Counted from the stretch's first letter, positions 48,021 to 58,492 are shown. The stretch: 64,000 nucleotides of DNA from Acidobacteriota bacterium (GCA_965248695.1 CBDFKD010000002.1:960001-1024000), one strand, 5' to 3'. Notes: generated by a model from the letters alone, not told the origin. Numbers and translations: made by a program.

Positions 48021-50965
48021 GGAAGATCTCCTCGGGCTTCAGAGGTGGGCAAGGCGCGCGCTAGCGCCACCGCTGGGTGGATGGCCTCACGGCCCGTACC
48101 GTCGAGAATCTGCCGCCGGCAGCTGGTGCCATCGGCAACGATCCAGGTATCGGCGTCAGCCTGCCGAATCTCGGGCAACAACGCCAGCTCCGCCATGCGC
48201 AGCGACACGTCGAGGTGCTCGACCTCGTAGCCGAAGGATCCGGCCATGCCGCAGCAGCCGGCCGCAATGGTGTCGACCTGGAGGTCGGGCACCAGGCGCA
48301 GTGCCTCGATCATGGGCTCCAGAAGTCCGAAGGCCTTGCGGTGGCAGTGGCCGTGCACCAGGGCACGCTTCGCCGGGATCGCATCGAGCCGCAGGTCGAC
48401 GTCACCGGCGGCCATCCCGTTCATCAACAGCTCCTCGAAGAGCACCGCGGAGACGGCGAGCGCCTCGCTCTCGGAGCCCGGAAGCAGCGCCGGGAGCTCG
48501 TCGCGGAGGGTCAACAGGCAAGAGGGCTCGATGCCCACTACCGGCACTCCCTGGCGCACGAACGGCAGAGTGGCCGCCAGCAGGCGCTTACCCTCGACGC
48601 GCGCCTCATCGGCGAGACCGGCGCTCAAGAATGTACGGCCACAGCAAAGCGGCCGCTCACCGTCAGGTGCGGCAATCGTCTCTACTCTGTAGCCCGCCGC
48701 CCGAAGCACCCGTGTGGCAGCGTGCGCGTTCTCCGGCTCGAAGTGGGTGCTGAACGTGTCGACGAACAGGGCGACACGTGGGCCGGAGCTCGACGCCGCG
48801 AGCGGCTCGACGCACCGCCCGGAGGTCGACGGCGGAAAGGACTCCGAGCCGACCCCGCCGCGTCGGAACTCGGGCAGCGGGCGCCGAGCGGAGATCCCCG
48901 CGAACCTCTCCAGCAGCCATCGCACCGGCCGCCACTCGACCGGGCCGGAGACCGGGCCGAGCCGGGAAACAGCAGCGGCATAGCGAGGCAAGTAAGCGAA
49001 CATGCGCTCGCGCAGCGGCACTCCGTGGCGGGCACGGTACGCGCTCACGAACTCGATCTTCATGCGCGCCATATCAACGCCAGTGGGGCATTCACGTCGA
49101 CAGGCCTTGCAGCCGACACACAGATCGAGCGCCTCGTATAGCTCGCTCGAATCCAGGCCGGTGGCGCCGAGCTGCCCGCTCAGCGCCAGCCGCAGCGCGT
49201 TGGCACGCCCGCGAGTCGTGTGCGTCTCATCGAGCGTCGCCTGATACGACGGGCACATGGAGCCGACCAGCTGACGGCAGGCACCGTTGTTGTTGCACAT
49301 CTCGACCGCGCCGGGCAGGCCGCCGGCGTCGGGCCACTGCAGGGAGGTCGACCGCGATTCGGTAGCGTAGTCGGGTCGGAAGCGAAACAGACTGCGATCG
49401 TCCATGCGCGGCGGATGGACGATCTTGCCGGGGTTGAACAGTCCGGACGGATCGAAGGCGACCTTCACTTCCTCGAAAGCATCCACCGCCGCGTTTCCCA
49501 GCATCGAGCGTAGAAACTCGCTGCGCACCAACCCGTCGCCGTGCTCGCCGGAATGCGAGCCACGGTACTGGCGCACCAGTGCGTGGGTCGCCTCGGCGAT
49601 GCTCCGCATCTTGGCCACGTCACCGGCCTCCTTGAGGTTCAGCGTCGGTCGCACATGCAGACACCCGACCGAGGCGTGCGCGTACCAGGTGCTCTCGACC
49701 CCATGCCGGGCAAAGATCTCGCCGAGACCGGCGGTGTAATCAGCCAGGTGCTCGAGCGGCACGGCGCAATCCTCGACGAACGACACCGGCTTGGCGTCGC
49801 CCTTCATCGACATGACGATGTTCAATCCGGCCTTGCGAACGCCCCATATCTCGGCCTGCGCGGCGGGCTCGATCGCTCGGTGCACCGCTTTGTCGTGACC
49901 CAGATCCGCCATCAGCTCCTCGAGCCGATCGAGGTCGCGTCGCTGCTCCGCAGCGTCGGCGCCGGCAAACTCGACGAGCAGCAACGCCTCGGGATCGCCG
50001 CGCACGAAGCGCCCTAGAGGGCCGGCGAAGGCCGGTCGCTGGCGCGCCAGCGCGATGACCTTCCGATCAACCAGCTCGATCGCTGTCGGAGCCAGCTGCA
50101 CGAGGTGCTGCACCGCCTGCATCGCGGCCTGGAACGTGGCGAAGTGGCACACCCCGAGCACCTTGTGAGCCGGCAGCGGCTGGAGCTCCAACTCCAGCTG
50201 GGTGAAAAACGCCAGGGTGCCCTCGGAGCCGACCAGCAGCGGTGCCAGGTCGGAAGCCTGTTCGTCCAGGCGGGTCAGGTTGTAGCCCGCCACATGACGT
50301 AGCACGCGCGGCGCGGCGTGATCGATGGCGGCGGCATGGCGTTGGTGCACATCGGCGATCCGCCGGGTCAGATCACCGGATGCGTCGTGTGCGGCGCCGA
50401 ACCAGGCACGGGTGCCATCGGCGAGCGCGGCCTCGATGGCGCACACGTTGTCGACCATGAGCCCGTAGCGGATCGAGCGCGCTCCGGCGCTGTTATTACC
50501 CGCCATGCCGCCGATCGTGGCACGGCTCGCGGTGGCTACGTCCACCGGGAAGAACAGTCCTGACGGTTGGAGTGCCCGATTGAGCTCGTCGAGCACGACC
50601 CCGGGCTCAACCACGACCCGGCGCGCCTCGACGTCGAGCCGTCGGACAGCGCGAAGATACTTGCTGGTATCGATGACGATCGCCTCTCCGATCGCCTGCC
50701 CACCCTGCGACGTTCCGGCACCACGCGGCAGCACCGGCACGCCCTCCTCGCGGGCAATCGCCAGCGTCGCGGCGATGTCGTCGGCGCTCTCCGGCACGAC
50801 GACACCGATCGGCTCGATCTGGTAGATCGACGCGTCCGTCGCATACAGCGCACGATCGAGCGCGCCAAACCGCACCTCGCCAGCGAGCGCACCGCGTAAC
50901 CGCGCTGCCAGCGCCGAGTCACCGATGCGCGCGGCGTTTGTGCTCGTCATCCTCTCGCTGCTCAT
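48017..50965 (-). CDS. FAD-linked 2-hydroxyacid oxidase fused to Fe-S and CCG domains (GlcD/GlcF-like)
   Basis: RGAGTSQGGQ, GSEGTL, SGEHGDG, CNNNGAC, CVGCKAC...CP, CCG motifs. Confidence 0.88.
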   Translation of the reverse strand: MSSERMTSTNAARIGDSALAARLRGALAGEVRFGALDRALYATDASIYQIEPIGVVVPESADDIAATLAIAREEGVPVLPRGAGTSQGGQAIGEAIVIDTSKYLRAVRRLDVEARRVVVEPGVVLDELNRALQPSGLFFPVDVATASRATIGGMAGNNSAGARSIRYGLMVDNVCAIEAALADGTRAWFGAAHDASGDLTRRIADVHQRHAAAIDHAAPRVLRHVAGYNLTRLDEQASDLAPLLVGSEGTLAFFTQLELELQPLPAHKVLGVCHFATFQAAMQAVQHLVQLAPTAIELVDRKVIALARQRPAFAGPLGRFVRGDPEALLLVEFAGADAAEQRRDLDRLEELMADLGHDKAVHRAIEPAAQAEIWGVRKAGLNIVMSMKGDAKPVSFVEDCAVPLEHLADYTAGLGEIFARHGVESTWYAHASVGCLHVRPTLNLKEAGDVAKMRSIAEATHALVRQYRGSHSGEHGDGLVRSEFLRSMLGNAAVDAFEEVKVAFDPSGLFNPGKIVHPPRMDDRSLFRFRPDYATESRSTSLQWPDAGGLPGAVEMCNNNGACRQLVGSMCPSYQATLDETHTTRGRANALRLALSGQLGATGLDSSELYEALDLCVGCKACRRECPTGVDMARMKIEFVSAYRARHGVPLRERMFAYLPRYAAAVSRLGPVSGPVEWRPVRWLLERFAGISARRPLPEFRRGGVGSESFPPSTSGRCVEPLAASSSGPRVALFVDTFSTHFEPENAHAATRVLRAAGYRVETIAAPDGERPLCCGRTFLSAGLADEARVEGKRLLAATLPFVRQGVPVVGIEPSCLLTLRDELPALLPGSESEALAVSAVLFEELLMNGMAAGDVDLRLDAIPAKRALVHGHCHRKAFGLLEPMIEALRLVPDLQVDTIAAGCCGMAGSFGYEVEHLDVSLRMAELALLPEIRQADADTWIVADGTSCRRQILDGTGREAIHPAVALARALPTSEARGDLP

Positions 50966-51121
50966 CGTCCCCTGGCGTTGTGGTGGTGCGTACCGGAACC
51001 GCTCCACCACAGCGGTTTCCGATCGGTGCCTGGCCGGAGAGTAGTATTGTGCCGCCGTTGACGGCGTAGTTCAGAGATCGCCGCTCGCACACCATAGCCG
51101 AGCAGCAACCCGAGGATCCGC

Positions 51122-52309
51122 GTGAGTCGTGCCGGCGGACGACATCTGCTCCAGGTACCCGGACCCACGAACGTGCCCGAGCGCGTGCTACGTGCCATGG
51201 CGCGCCCGACCATCGACCATCGAGGTCCGGAGTTCGCCCGCCTCACCGGTGAGATTCTCGCTGGCCTGAAGGCGATCTTTCACAATCCCGACGGCGCGGT
51301 GATGATCTACCCGGCCTCCGGCAGCGGCGCCTGGGAAGCAGCGCTTGCCAATACGCTCTCGCCGGGCGACCGCGTGCTGATGTTCGACCACGGCTTCTTC
51401 GCCCAGGGCTGGGCCCGCATCGCCGAGCGCCTCGGTCTCGAAGTCGACATGGTGCCGGGCGACTGGCGGCAACCCGCCGACGTCGAGGCGGTCGAGGAGC
51501 GGCTGCGGGGTGAGGGCACGGCTCCCTATAGCGCCGTCGCCGTGGTGCACAGCGAGACGTCGACCGGCGTTCGCAACGATATCGCCGCCGTTCGCGCGGC
51601 GATCGATCGTGCCGAACACGGAGCCTTGTTGCTGGTGGACGCGGTCTCGTCGATGGCATCGATGCCTCTGCCGCAGGACGAGTGGGGCGTCGATGTGGTG
51701 GTCGCCGGCTCGCAGAAGGGCCTCATGCTTCCGCCGGGACTGTCGTTCAACTCGGTCAGCGCAAAGGCGCTCGCCGCCAGCACCGGTGCCAACCTGCCGC
51801 GAGCGTACTGGGACTGGGCGCCCATACGAGCCCAGAACGACAAAGGCTTCTTTCCCTACACGCCGGCGAGCAACCTGCTGTTCGGGCTGCAGGAGGCGCT
51901 CGACATGTTGAGGGAGGAGGGCGAGCTTACGGTGTTCGCTCGCCACGACCGCCTGGCAACCGCAACCCGGACCGCCGTGAACGCCTGGGGGCTGGAGACT
52001 TACTGCGCCCACCCTGACAGTGCCAGCAGCTCGTTGACTGCCGTGATGACGCCCGAAGGTATCGATGCCGACAGTGTGCGCCAGGTGATCCTCGACAACT
52101 TCGACATGTCGCTGGGCACCGGCCTGGGACCGCTGCAGGGCAAGCTCTTCCGCATCGGCCATCTCGGACAGCTCAACGACCTGGGGCTCGCCGGGGCGCT
52201 CGCCGGGGTGGAGATGGGCTTGCGCCTGGCCGGCGTGCCGCACAGCCGTGGCGGGGTGACCGCCGCGCTCGAGTCGCTGGCTCCCGCAACCACCGCGGCA
52301 ACGAGCTGA
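51122..52309 (+). CDS. Class V aminotransferase (serine/alanine-glyoxylate type)
   Basis: PGPTNVP, HSETSTG, VDAVSS, GSQKGLMLPPG, FRIGHLG. Confidence 0.88.
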   Translation: MSRAGGRHLLQVPGPTNVPERVLRAMARPTIDHRGPEFARLTGEILAGLKAIFHNPDGAVMIYPASGSGAWEAALANTLSPGDRVLMFDHGFFAQGWARIAERLGLEVDMVPGDWRQPADVEAVEERLRGEGTAPYSAVAVVHSETSTGVRNDIAAVRAAIDRAEHGALLLVDAVSSMASMPLPQDEWGVDVVVAGSQKGLMLPPGLSFNSVSAKALAASTGANLPRAYWDWAPIRAQNDKGFFPYTPASNLLFGLQEALDMLREEGELTVFARHDRLATATRTAVNAWGLETYCAHPDSASSSLTAVMTPEGIDADSVRQVILDNFDMSLGTGLGPLQGKLFRIGHLGQLNDLGLAGALAGVEMGLRLAGVPHSRGGVTAALESLAPATTAATS

Positions 52310-53373
52310 TGCACCGCCAGTCGCTTGACGCGAGCGCTGCTACTGTCGCCTGGTCACGTCCCGCGTCGACGCCCCCCGCTGTGGCGCGAGGCTTCGCATT
52401 GCTGGCTCTGGTCATCGCTGCCAGCGTGGCGATCGCGTGTTCCGCAGGGGCACCTTCCGGTCCACTGGTGCTGAGCTTCGGGCATGTAGGCGCGCCCGGG
52501 TCGCTCTACGCCTTGACCGCCGAGGAGCTCGCTCGACGGGTCGAGGTGGAGATGGGCGACCGCCTGCGCCTGCAGGTTTTCGGCTCTAGCCAGCTGGGCG
52601 GCGATGAAGTGATGCTGCAGAAGCTCAGGCTCGGCACACTCGACCTCGCGCTCCCGTCGACGGTGATGTCGTCGAACGTTGCCGAGTTCGGCCTGTTCGA
52701 GCTCCCGTATCTAGTCCGCGACCGCGATCACATGCGCCGCATCGAAACCGCCGTGTTCTGGGACCGGCTGGCACCGAAGGCGCAAGGCCACGGATTCGAG
52801 ATCCTGGCGGTGTGGGAGAACGGCTTCCGGCACGTGACCAGCAACGTGCGTCCGGTGCGCACGCCGGACGATCTGCGCGGCATCAAGCTACGCACGCCGC
52901 GCGGGCTCTGGCGCGTGAAGATGTTCCAGGCATACGGCGCCAACCCCAGCCCGATGCCGATGGCGGAGGTGTTCGTGGCGCTGCAGACCGGGGTGATGGA
53001 CGGGCAGGAAAACCCGCTGACACAGATCCACAGCCAGCAGTTCCAGGAAGTGCAGACGTACCTGTCGCTCACCGGTCACGTCTATACCCCGGCGTTCGTC
53101 ACGGCCGGCGCGGGGCGCTGGGAAGCGCTTCCCGCCGACATCCGGCAGGATCTGGCCGGGCTCGCCCGCGACATGCGGACGTTCGTGCACGAGGCCGCAG
53201 CGCGCTTGGATACAGAGTTGCTGGCGCAGCTGCGCGACGACGGCATGCTGGTCAACGATGTCGATCGCGATGCGTTCAGCGCCGCCAGCCAACCAATCTA
53301 CTCGGAGTTCGCCGCCGAGGTCGAGGGTGGTGACGAGCTCCTGGTCGCCGTCCTGGAAGTTGGTGCTGACTGA
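52309..53373 (+). CDS. dctP: TRAP transporter substrate-binding protein
   Basis: SQLG, ENGFRH, DL.G.KLR, ALQTGV.DGQENP. Confidence 0.9.
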   Translation: MHRQSLDASAATVAWSRPASTPPAVARGFALLALVIAASVAIACSAGAPSGPLVLSFGHVGAPGSLYALTAEELARRVEVEMGDRLRLQVFGSSQLGGDEVMLQKLRLGTLDLALPSTVMSSNVAEFGLFELPYLVRDRDHMRRIETAVFWDRLAPKAQGHGFEILAVWENGFRHVTSNVRPVRTPDDLRGIKLRTPRGLWRVKMFQAYGANPSPMPMAEVFVALQTGVMDGQENPLTQIHSQQFQEVQTYLSLTGHVYTPAFVTAGAGRWEALPADIRQDLAGLARDMRTFVHEAAARLDTELLAQLRDDGMLVNDVDRDAFSAASQPIYSEFAAEVEGGDELLVAVLEVGAD

Positions 53374-53890
53374 TCTCGGGCGCTGGCGCCGCGCCCTGCG
53401 CGTACTGCTCGAGGCCACCGTGCTGGCGCTCATGGGCACGCTGGCGATCGTCGTGCTGCTGGGTGTGGGTTTCCGCAAGGCCGGCATGGCGCTGGCCTGG
53501 TACGACGAGCTGGCGTCGATCCTGCTCGCCTGGCTGACCTACTACGGCGCCGCGCTGGCGGCCCTCAACGGTCGCCACATCGGCTTCCCGACGCTGGTCC
53601 GAGACTTGGCGCCGGCCCGGCGCCGAATCGCCTGGGCGCTGCGCGAGATCATCGTCGTCGGCTTCTTCGTGCTGGTGGCGATCTCGGGTGTCCAGGTCGT
53701 ACGCGTCCTGTCCGGAACCTACCTCGTCGGGCTGCCCTGGTTGCCGGTGGCGTTGAGCCAATCAGTGATTCCGATCGGCGCGCTGCTGTTCGTGGTGGCG
53801 GAGCTGCTCGCCGTCGCCGACGCGCGCGGGCCAACAGCCTCGGCAAGCTCCGAGGTCTCCCCCGAATCGCCCACGCCGGGGTTGCCGTGA
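53363..53890 (+). CDS. dctQ: TRAP transporter small permease
   Basis: Four TM segments; W.DELA, HIG; between dctP and dctM. Confidence 0.85.
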   Translation: MLTDLGRWRRALRVLLEATVLALMGTLAIVVLLGVGFRKAGMALAWYDELASILLAWLTYYGAALAALNGRHIGFPTLVRDLAPARRRIAWALREIIVVGFFVLVAISGVQVVRVLSGTYLVGLPWLPVALSQSVIPIGALLFVVAELLAVADARGPTASASSEVSPESPTPGLP

Positions 53891-55176
53891 CGCTTCTGTG
53901 GATGTTCATCGGCCTGGTGGGGCTGATCGTGCTGAACGTGCCGATCGCGGTGGCCCTCGGGGTGGTGGCCGTGGCCGCCATGCTGGCCAGCTCCGGGATG
54001 GGCATGCTGCCCAACGTCGCACTGGTGCTATTCGACGGCACCACGAGGTTCCCGCTCATCGCCATTCCGCTCTTCATCCTGGCCGGGGCGATCATGAACG
54101 CCTCCGGCATCTCCCGTCGCCTGGTGGCGCTCGCCTCAGCTCTGCTCGGATTCGTCCGCGGCGGGTTGGCGATGGTGGCGATCGGCGCGTCGCTGTTCTT
54201 CGCCGAGATCTCGGGATCGGCGGTGGCCGACGTAGCGGCACTGGGCTCGATTCTCATCCCGGCCATGCGACGAAAGGGCTACTCACGCGAGTTCGCCGCC
54301 GCGGTGACCTCGTCGTCGGCAACGCTGGCTGTGATCATCCCGCCATCGATTCCGATGATCCTCTACGCCGTGATGTCGGGCAGCTCGGTGATCGAGCTGT
54401 TCGTCGCCGGCATCATTCCCGGTCTCATCGGCGGCGCGCTGCTGATGGGCATCGCCTACGCGATGGCGATCCGCCACGACTTCCCGGTCGAGGAAGCCTT
54501 CGAGCTGCGACGCCTTCGGCAGGCCTTCCGAGAGGCGGGGTGGGCGCTGTCGCTGCCCGTGATCATTCTCGGGGGCATCTTCGGCGGCGCGGTGACCGCC
54601 ACCGAGGGCGCCGGGCTGGCGGTGGTGGCAGCGATCGGGATCGGCGGGCTCGTATACCGCGAGCTGGACTGGGCGCATCTGCGCCGGGCGATGCTCGAGG
54701 GCGGCGTGCAGACCGCGGTGGTGATGCTACTGGTGGGGACGTCGGCGCTGCTCGGCACGTTCCTCACCCAGGCCCAGGTACCGCAGCAGCTGGCGGCCGG
54801 CATCACCGGCCTCACCGACAACCCCTGGACGGTATTGCTGCTGCTCAATGTGATGTTCCTGGTCATCGGGCTGTTCCTACACTCGGCGGCGGCGATCATC
54901 CTGGTGGTGCCGATCGTCATGCCGCTGGTGCGCGCCGTCGGCATCGACCCGGTCCATTTCGGGCTGGTGGTGACGCTCAATCTGGGGATCGGACAGCAGA
55001 CCCCGCCGGTTGCGTCGGTGCTGGTGACCGCATGCTCGGTGGCGAAGGCCGACATCTGGGAGGTAAGCAAGGTGAACGTCTGGTTCATCGCCGCCCTGCT
55101 GGCAACGCTGCTCCTGGTCACGTACGTTCCCGCCGTACCGCTCAGTCTGGTGCGACTGCTCTTCGGTTCCGCCTGA
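53887..55176 (+). CDS. dctM: TRAP transporter large permease
   Basis: AIPLFILAG, SGSAVAD, IIPPSIP, GIDPVHFG, TPPV. Confidence 0.92.
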   Translation: MTLLWMFIGLVGLIVLNVPIAVALGVVAVAAMLASSGMGMLPNVALVLFDGTTRFPLIAIPLFILAGAIMNASGISRRLVALASALLGFVRGGLAMVAIGASLFFAEISGSAVADVAALGSILIPAMRRKGYSREFAAAVTSSSATLAVIIPPSIPMILYAVMSGSSVIELFVAGIIPGLIGGALLMGIAYAMAIRHDFPVEEAFELRRLRQAFREAGWALSLPVIILGGIFGGAVTATEGAGLAVVAAIGIGGLVYRELDWAHLRRAMLEGGVQTAVVMLLVGTSALLGTFLTQAQVPQQLAAGITGLTDNPWTVLLLLNVMFLVIGLFLHSAAAIILVVPIVMPLVRAVGIDPVHFGLVVTLNLGIGQQTPPVASVLVTACSVAKADIWEVSKVNVWFIAALLATLLLVTYVPAVPLSLVRLLFGSA

Positions 55177-55197
55177 GACGCAAACACGAGTCATCAC

Positions 55198-55977
55198 ATG
55201 ACCGAGAAGATCCTGGTCGACGCGTCGGCGCCGCTGGCGACGGTCACCCTGAACCGTCCGCAGCGGCTGAACGCACTCGACGAGGAGTCCTGGCGCCTGC
55301 TGGGCGAGGCTTTCGATGCCCTCGATGCGGACGATGACGTCCGCTGCATCGTGGTGCGTGGCGCCGGTGAGCGCGCGTTCTCGGCCGGGGCGGATGTGGC
55401 CGAGTTTGCCGACAAGCGCCGCGATGTCGAGCGCGCCACCGGGTACGGCAAGATCGAGCTTGCCGGCATCGAGGCGGCGACGACGTGTCGGCATCCGACG
55501 GTGGCCCAGATCCACGGCGTGTGCGTCGGCGGAGGTCTGGCCGTAGCACTGGCCTGTGATCTCCGCGTATGTGCGCAATCGAGTCGATTCGGCGTGCCCG
55601 TCAACCAGCTTGGCCTCACCATGTCCTACGGCGAGCTGGGGCTGCTGCAGCGTGCCGTCGGCGCCTCGGCTGCCTCGGAGATCCTGCTGTCGGGCGAAGT
55701 GTTCGGCGCCGAGCGCGCGCTGCACCTGGGGCTCGTAGGACGCGTCGTCGACGACGATCGGCTCGCCGACGAGGTCGCCGACCTGACCGGGCTCATCGTC
55801 GAGCGCGCGCCGCTGGTAAACCGCTGGCACAAGAAGTTCGTCCGTCGACTGCAGGACCCGACACCGCTGAGCGAAACCGAGATCGCCGAGGGTTACGAGT
55901 GCTTCGGGACCGAGGATTACCGAGCCGGCTTCGAAGCGTTTCTGGCCAAGCGCAAACCGACGTTCAAGGGCCGATGA
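55198..55977 (+). CDS. Crotonase (enoyl-CoA hydratase/isomerase) superfamily protein
   Basis: LNRP..LNAL, FSAGAD, GGG.....ACD.R, AFLAKRKP.FKG. Confidence 0.88.
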   Translation: MTEKILVDASAPLATVTLNRPQRLNALDEESWRLLGEAFDALDADDDVRCIVVRGAGERAFSAGADVAEFADKRRDVERATGYGKIELAGIEAATTCRHPTVAQIHGVCVGGGLAVALACDLRVCAQSSRFGVPVNQLGLTMSYGELGLLQRAVGASAASEILLSGEVFGAERALHLGLVGRVVDDDRLADEVADLTGLIVERAPLVNRWHKKFVRRLQDPTPLSETEIAEGYECFGTEDYRAGFEAFLAKRKPTFKGR

Positions 55978-57248
55978 GCGAGCCCGAGGCCCTGGGGGAC
56001 GCAGCGTCACGTCCGAGTGCCAGTGGCGACGCTGATCCGGCCGGGCCGCTCCACGGCATCCGGGTGATCGAGCTGGCGCACGTCATGGCGGGCCCGGTGT
56101 GCGGTCTCATGCTCGCCGACCTGGGCGCGGACGTGGTCAAGATCGAGCGGCCGACCGGCGATCCGACGCGCAAGTTCGTGCCTCCGGAACAGGGCGGCGA
56201 AGCGGCAGCGTTCCTCATGCTCAATCGCAACAAGCGCAGTATGGCGCTCGACATCAAGCATCCGGACGGTCGCGACGCATTGCTGCGACTGCTGGGCGAC
56301 GCTGACGTGCTGATCGAGAACTACCGGCCAGGCAGCCTGGCGCGCAGCGGCCTCGATTACGCCGCGCTCGAGCCCGACTTCCCGCGGCTGGTCTACTGCA
56401 GCATCACCGGCTACGGCAGCAGCGGGCCGATGGCAACAGACGGCGGACTCGATCTCATCGCCCAAGGCTACTCCGGCATCATGAGCATCACCGGCGAGGG
56501 CGAAGGGCGTCCGCCCGTGAAGGTAGGGGTGCCGCTGACCGATATCGGCGCGGGCATTCTGGCAGCGCTCGGTGTGGTCTCGGCGCTACACCGTCGCCAC
56601 CAGACCCGTCGCGGTCAGCACGTCGAGACCTCGTTGTTCGAGGCCGGTTTGATGACCACCTTTTGGCAGGCCGCCATCGCGCTGGCCTCCGGCCAATCCC
56701 CGGGGCCGATGGGCAGCGCCCATCCGCTGGCAGCACCTTACGAGGCCTTTCGCACCGCCGACGGCTGGATGACGCTCGGCACGCCGACGCAGACCAACTG
56801 GGAGCGGCTCCCGGACGTGCTCGGTATGCCCGAGTTGCTCGATGACGACAGGTTCGGCGATAACGCCGGGCGGCTACAGTACCGCCGCGAGCTGGTCGCG
56901 CTGGTGCAGGAGCGCATCGAGCAACGCACCACCAGCGATTGGATGGCGGCGCTCGGAGCGGCTGGCATCCCCGCCGGACCGGTGCTCAACGTCGGTGAGG
57001 CGCTCCATCACGCGCAGAGTCAGGCCCGCGAGATGCTGGCCTACGTCGATCACCCCACCGCCGGTCGGGTAGCGACGATCGGCCCGCCCATCAAGCTGAG
57101 CGAGTCACCGGCGTCGATTCGCGGACCCGCACCGCTGTTCGGACAGCACACGCGCGAGGTGCTGAGCCAGATCGGCTACCAGGATGCAGAGATCGAAGCG
57201 ATGCTCGGCGCCGGGGCAGCGATCGCAGGACCAGCAACCGCCAGCTGA
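55974..57248 (+). CDS. CaiB/BaiF family III CoA-transferase
   Basis: GPLHGIRV, LADLGADVVKIE, NRNKRS, ENYRPG, GGLD...Q. Confidence 0.92.
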   Translation: MSEPEALGDAASRPSASGDADPAGPLHGIRVIELAHVMAGPVCGLMLADLGADVVKIERPTGDPTRKFVPPEQGGEAAAFLMLNRNKRSMALDIKHPDGRDALLRLLGDADVLIENYRPGSLARSGLDYAALEPDFPRLVYCSITGYGSSGPMATDGGLDLIAQGYSGIMSITGEGEGRPPVKVGVPLTDIGAGILAALGVVSALHRRHQTRRGQHVETSLFEAGLMTTFWQAAIALASGQSPGPMGSAHPLAAPYEAFRTADGWMTLGTPTQTNWERLPDVLGMPELLDDDRFGDNAGRLQYRRELVALVQERIEQRTTSDWMAALGAAGIPAGPVLNVGEALHHAQSQAREMLAYVDHPTAGRVATIGPPIKLSESPASIRGPAPLFGQHTREVLSQIGYQDAEIEAMLGAGAAIAGPATAS

Positions 57249-57272
57249 GGTCGACTGGGCTTTCGACTGCGA

Positions 57273-57305
57273 GCGTGCCGGCCGGTCGACTCTCCGCCGG
57301 CACGC
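57273..57305. terminator. GC-rich stem-loop after the TRAP/CoA-transferase operon
   Basis: GCGTGCCGGC...GCCGGCACGC 10-bp inverted repeat; no U-tract. Confidence 0.4.
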
Positions 57306-57363
57306 GCACGAGATTCAGACTCGGTCACCGGGCGTAGTCGGGCAATCCTGGTCTGACGGCCCA

Positions 57364-57392
57364 TTGACTGGTTCAGCCCCGCCACGTACGTT
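57364..57392 (+). promoter_or_regulatory. Putative sigma-70 promoter
   Basis: TTGACT-N17-TACGTT upstream of the GGAG RBS and ATG 57431. Confidence 0.55.
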
Positions 57393-57430
57393 GCGGCAGC
57401 CCTTCCTCATGCCACCGAACGGAGATCGCC

Positions 57431-58405
57431 ATGCGCACCGCCGCCGCCCGAATCTTGCTGGCCCTACTGGTGGTCATACCCGCCACCGGGGTGGCGCAAG
57501 AGGTGGTCCACTTCGAACCCACCGTTGGCTACCCGACGTTCGCCGTGCGCGAGCCGGTGCTCCGCATCCAACCGAACACCGAGCTGCACTCGCGCACCAA
57601 TCACGGCCCCTACTACGACCCCGGCGGCGGTGCCTTCCCTGGCGAAGTTGGCCCCTTCTACGTCGAAGGAGCCGAGCCCGGCGACACGCTGGTGGTGGAG
57701 ATCATCGAGGTCGTGCCCAACATGGATACAGCTGGGGCGCAGATCAGTCCCGGATTCGGCGGCCTGGCCACCGACTCGCGTTTACGACTCCTCAACGATC
57801 CCATTCCCTTCAAGCGCTTCGAATGGCGGCTCGATCGCGAGGCGATGACCGGCACCCTAGACCTGCCCGACAGCGAGAGCGGTAGCATCACCATCGACCT
57901 CAGGCCCATGCTCGGCCGGGTCGCGGTGGCCCCGCGCGGCGAGGAGGCGTTCGGCGGCCTGTGGCCCGGCGACTTCGGCGGCAACCTCGACGCCCAGGAG
58001 GTGTCACCTGGAACCACGGTCTACTTGCCGGTGTTCCACGAGGGGGCGTACTTCTACTTCGGCGACGGCCACGCGCGCCAGGGCGAGGGCGAGGTCAACG
58101 GCACCGGGCTCGAAACTTCGATGGACGTGGTGTTGCGCATCGACGTGATCAAGAACACTGGCATCGACTGGCCGCGTCTGGAAGACGACGACTACATCAT
58201 GGTCGCCGGTAGCGCCCGGCCGCTGATCGATGCCTTCCGGCTCGCCCACGTCGAGCTCATCGAGTGGCTCGAGGCCGACTACGGCTTCGACCGCTGGGAC
58301 GCCTACCACCTCGTCGGCGAGCTCGGCGAGAGCTCGGTGGCCAACATCGTCGATCCGATCTACACGGTGGTGGCGAAGTTCCCCAAGCGATACTTGCCCG
58401 AGTAG
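57431..58405 (+). CDS. Acetamidase/formamidase family protein with signal peptide
   Basis: GPFYVEGAEPGDTL, GGNLD, GDGHARQGEGE..GTG.E. Confidence 0.88.
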   Translation: MRTAAARILLALLVVIPATGVAQEVVHFEPTVGYPTFAVREPVLRIQPNTELHSRTNHGPYYDPGGGAFPGEVGPFYVEGAEPGDTLVVEIIEVVPNMDTAGAQISPGFGGLATDSRLRLLNDPIPFKRFEWRLDREAMTGTLDLPDSESGSITIDLRPMLGRVAVAPRGEEAFGGLWPGDFGGNLDAQEVSPGTTVYLPVFHEGAYFYFGDGHARQGEGEVNGTGLETSMDVVLRIDVIKNTGIDWPRLEDDDYIMVAGSARPLIDAFRLAHVELIEWLEADYGFDRWDAYHLVGELGESSVANIVDPIYTVVAKFPKRYLPE

Positions 58406-58410
58406 CGTCC

Positions 58411-58439
58411 TCACGATCACGATCACGCTCAGGATCACG
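58411..58439. repeat. Degenerate GATCAC hexamer tandem repeat
   Basis: TCACGATCACGATCACGCTCAGGATCACG. Confidence 0.6.
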
Positions 58440-58492
58440 GGCGCGGGAAAGGGTACATCGGAGAGGAGAGCAGCCGGACCGGAGCAGCAGGG

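Noticed and set aside
46822-52309. Beta-hydroxyaspartate cycle (bhcABCD)
   Set aside because: No aldolase or iminosuccinate reductase; the dehydratase is a remnant
58411-58439. CRISPR-like repeat
   Set aside because: Only a short hexamer tandem; no spacers or cas genes in the window
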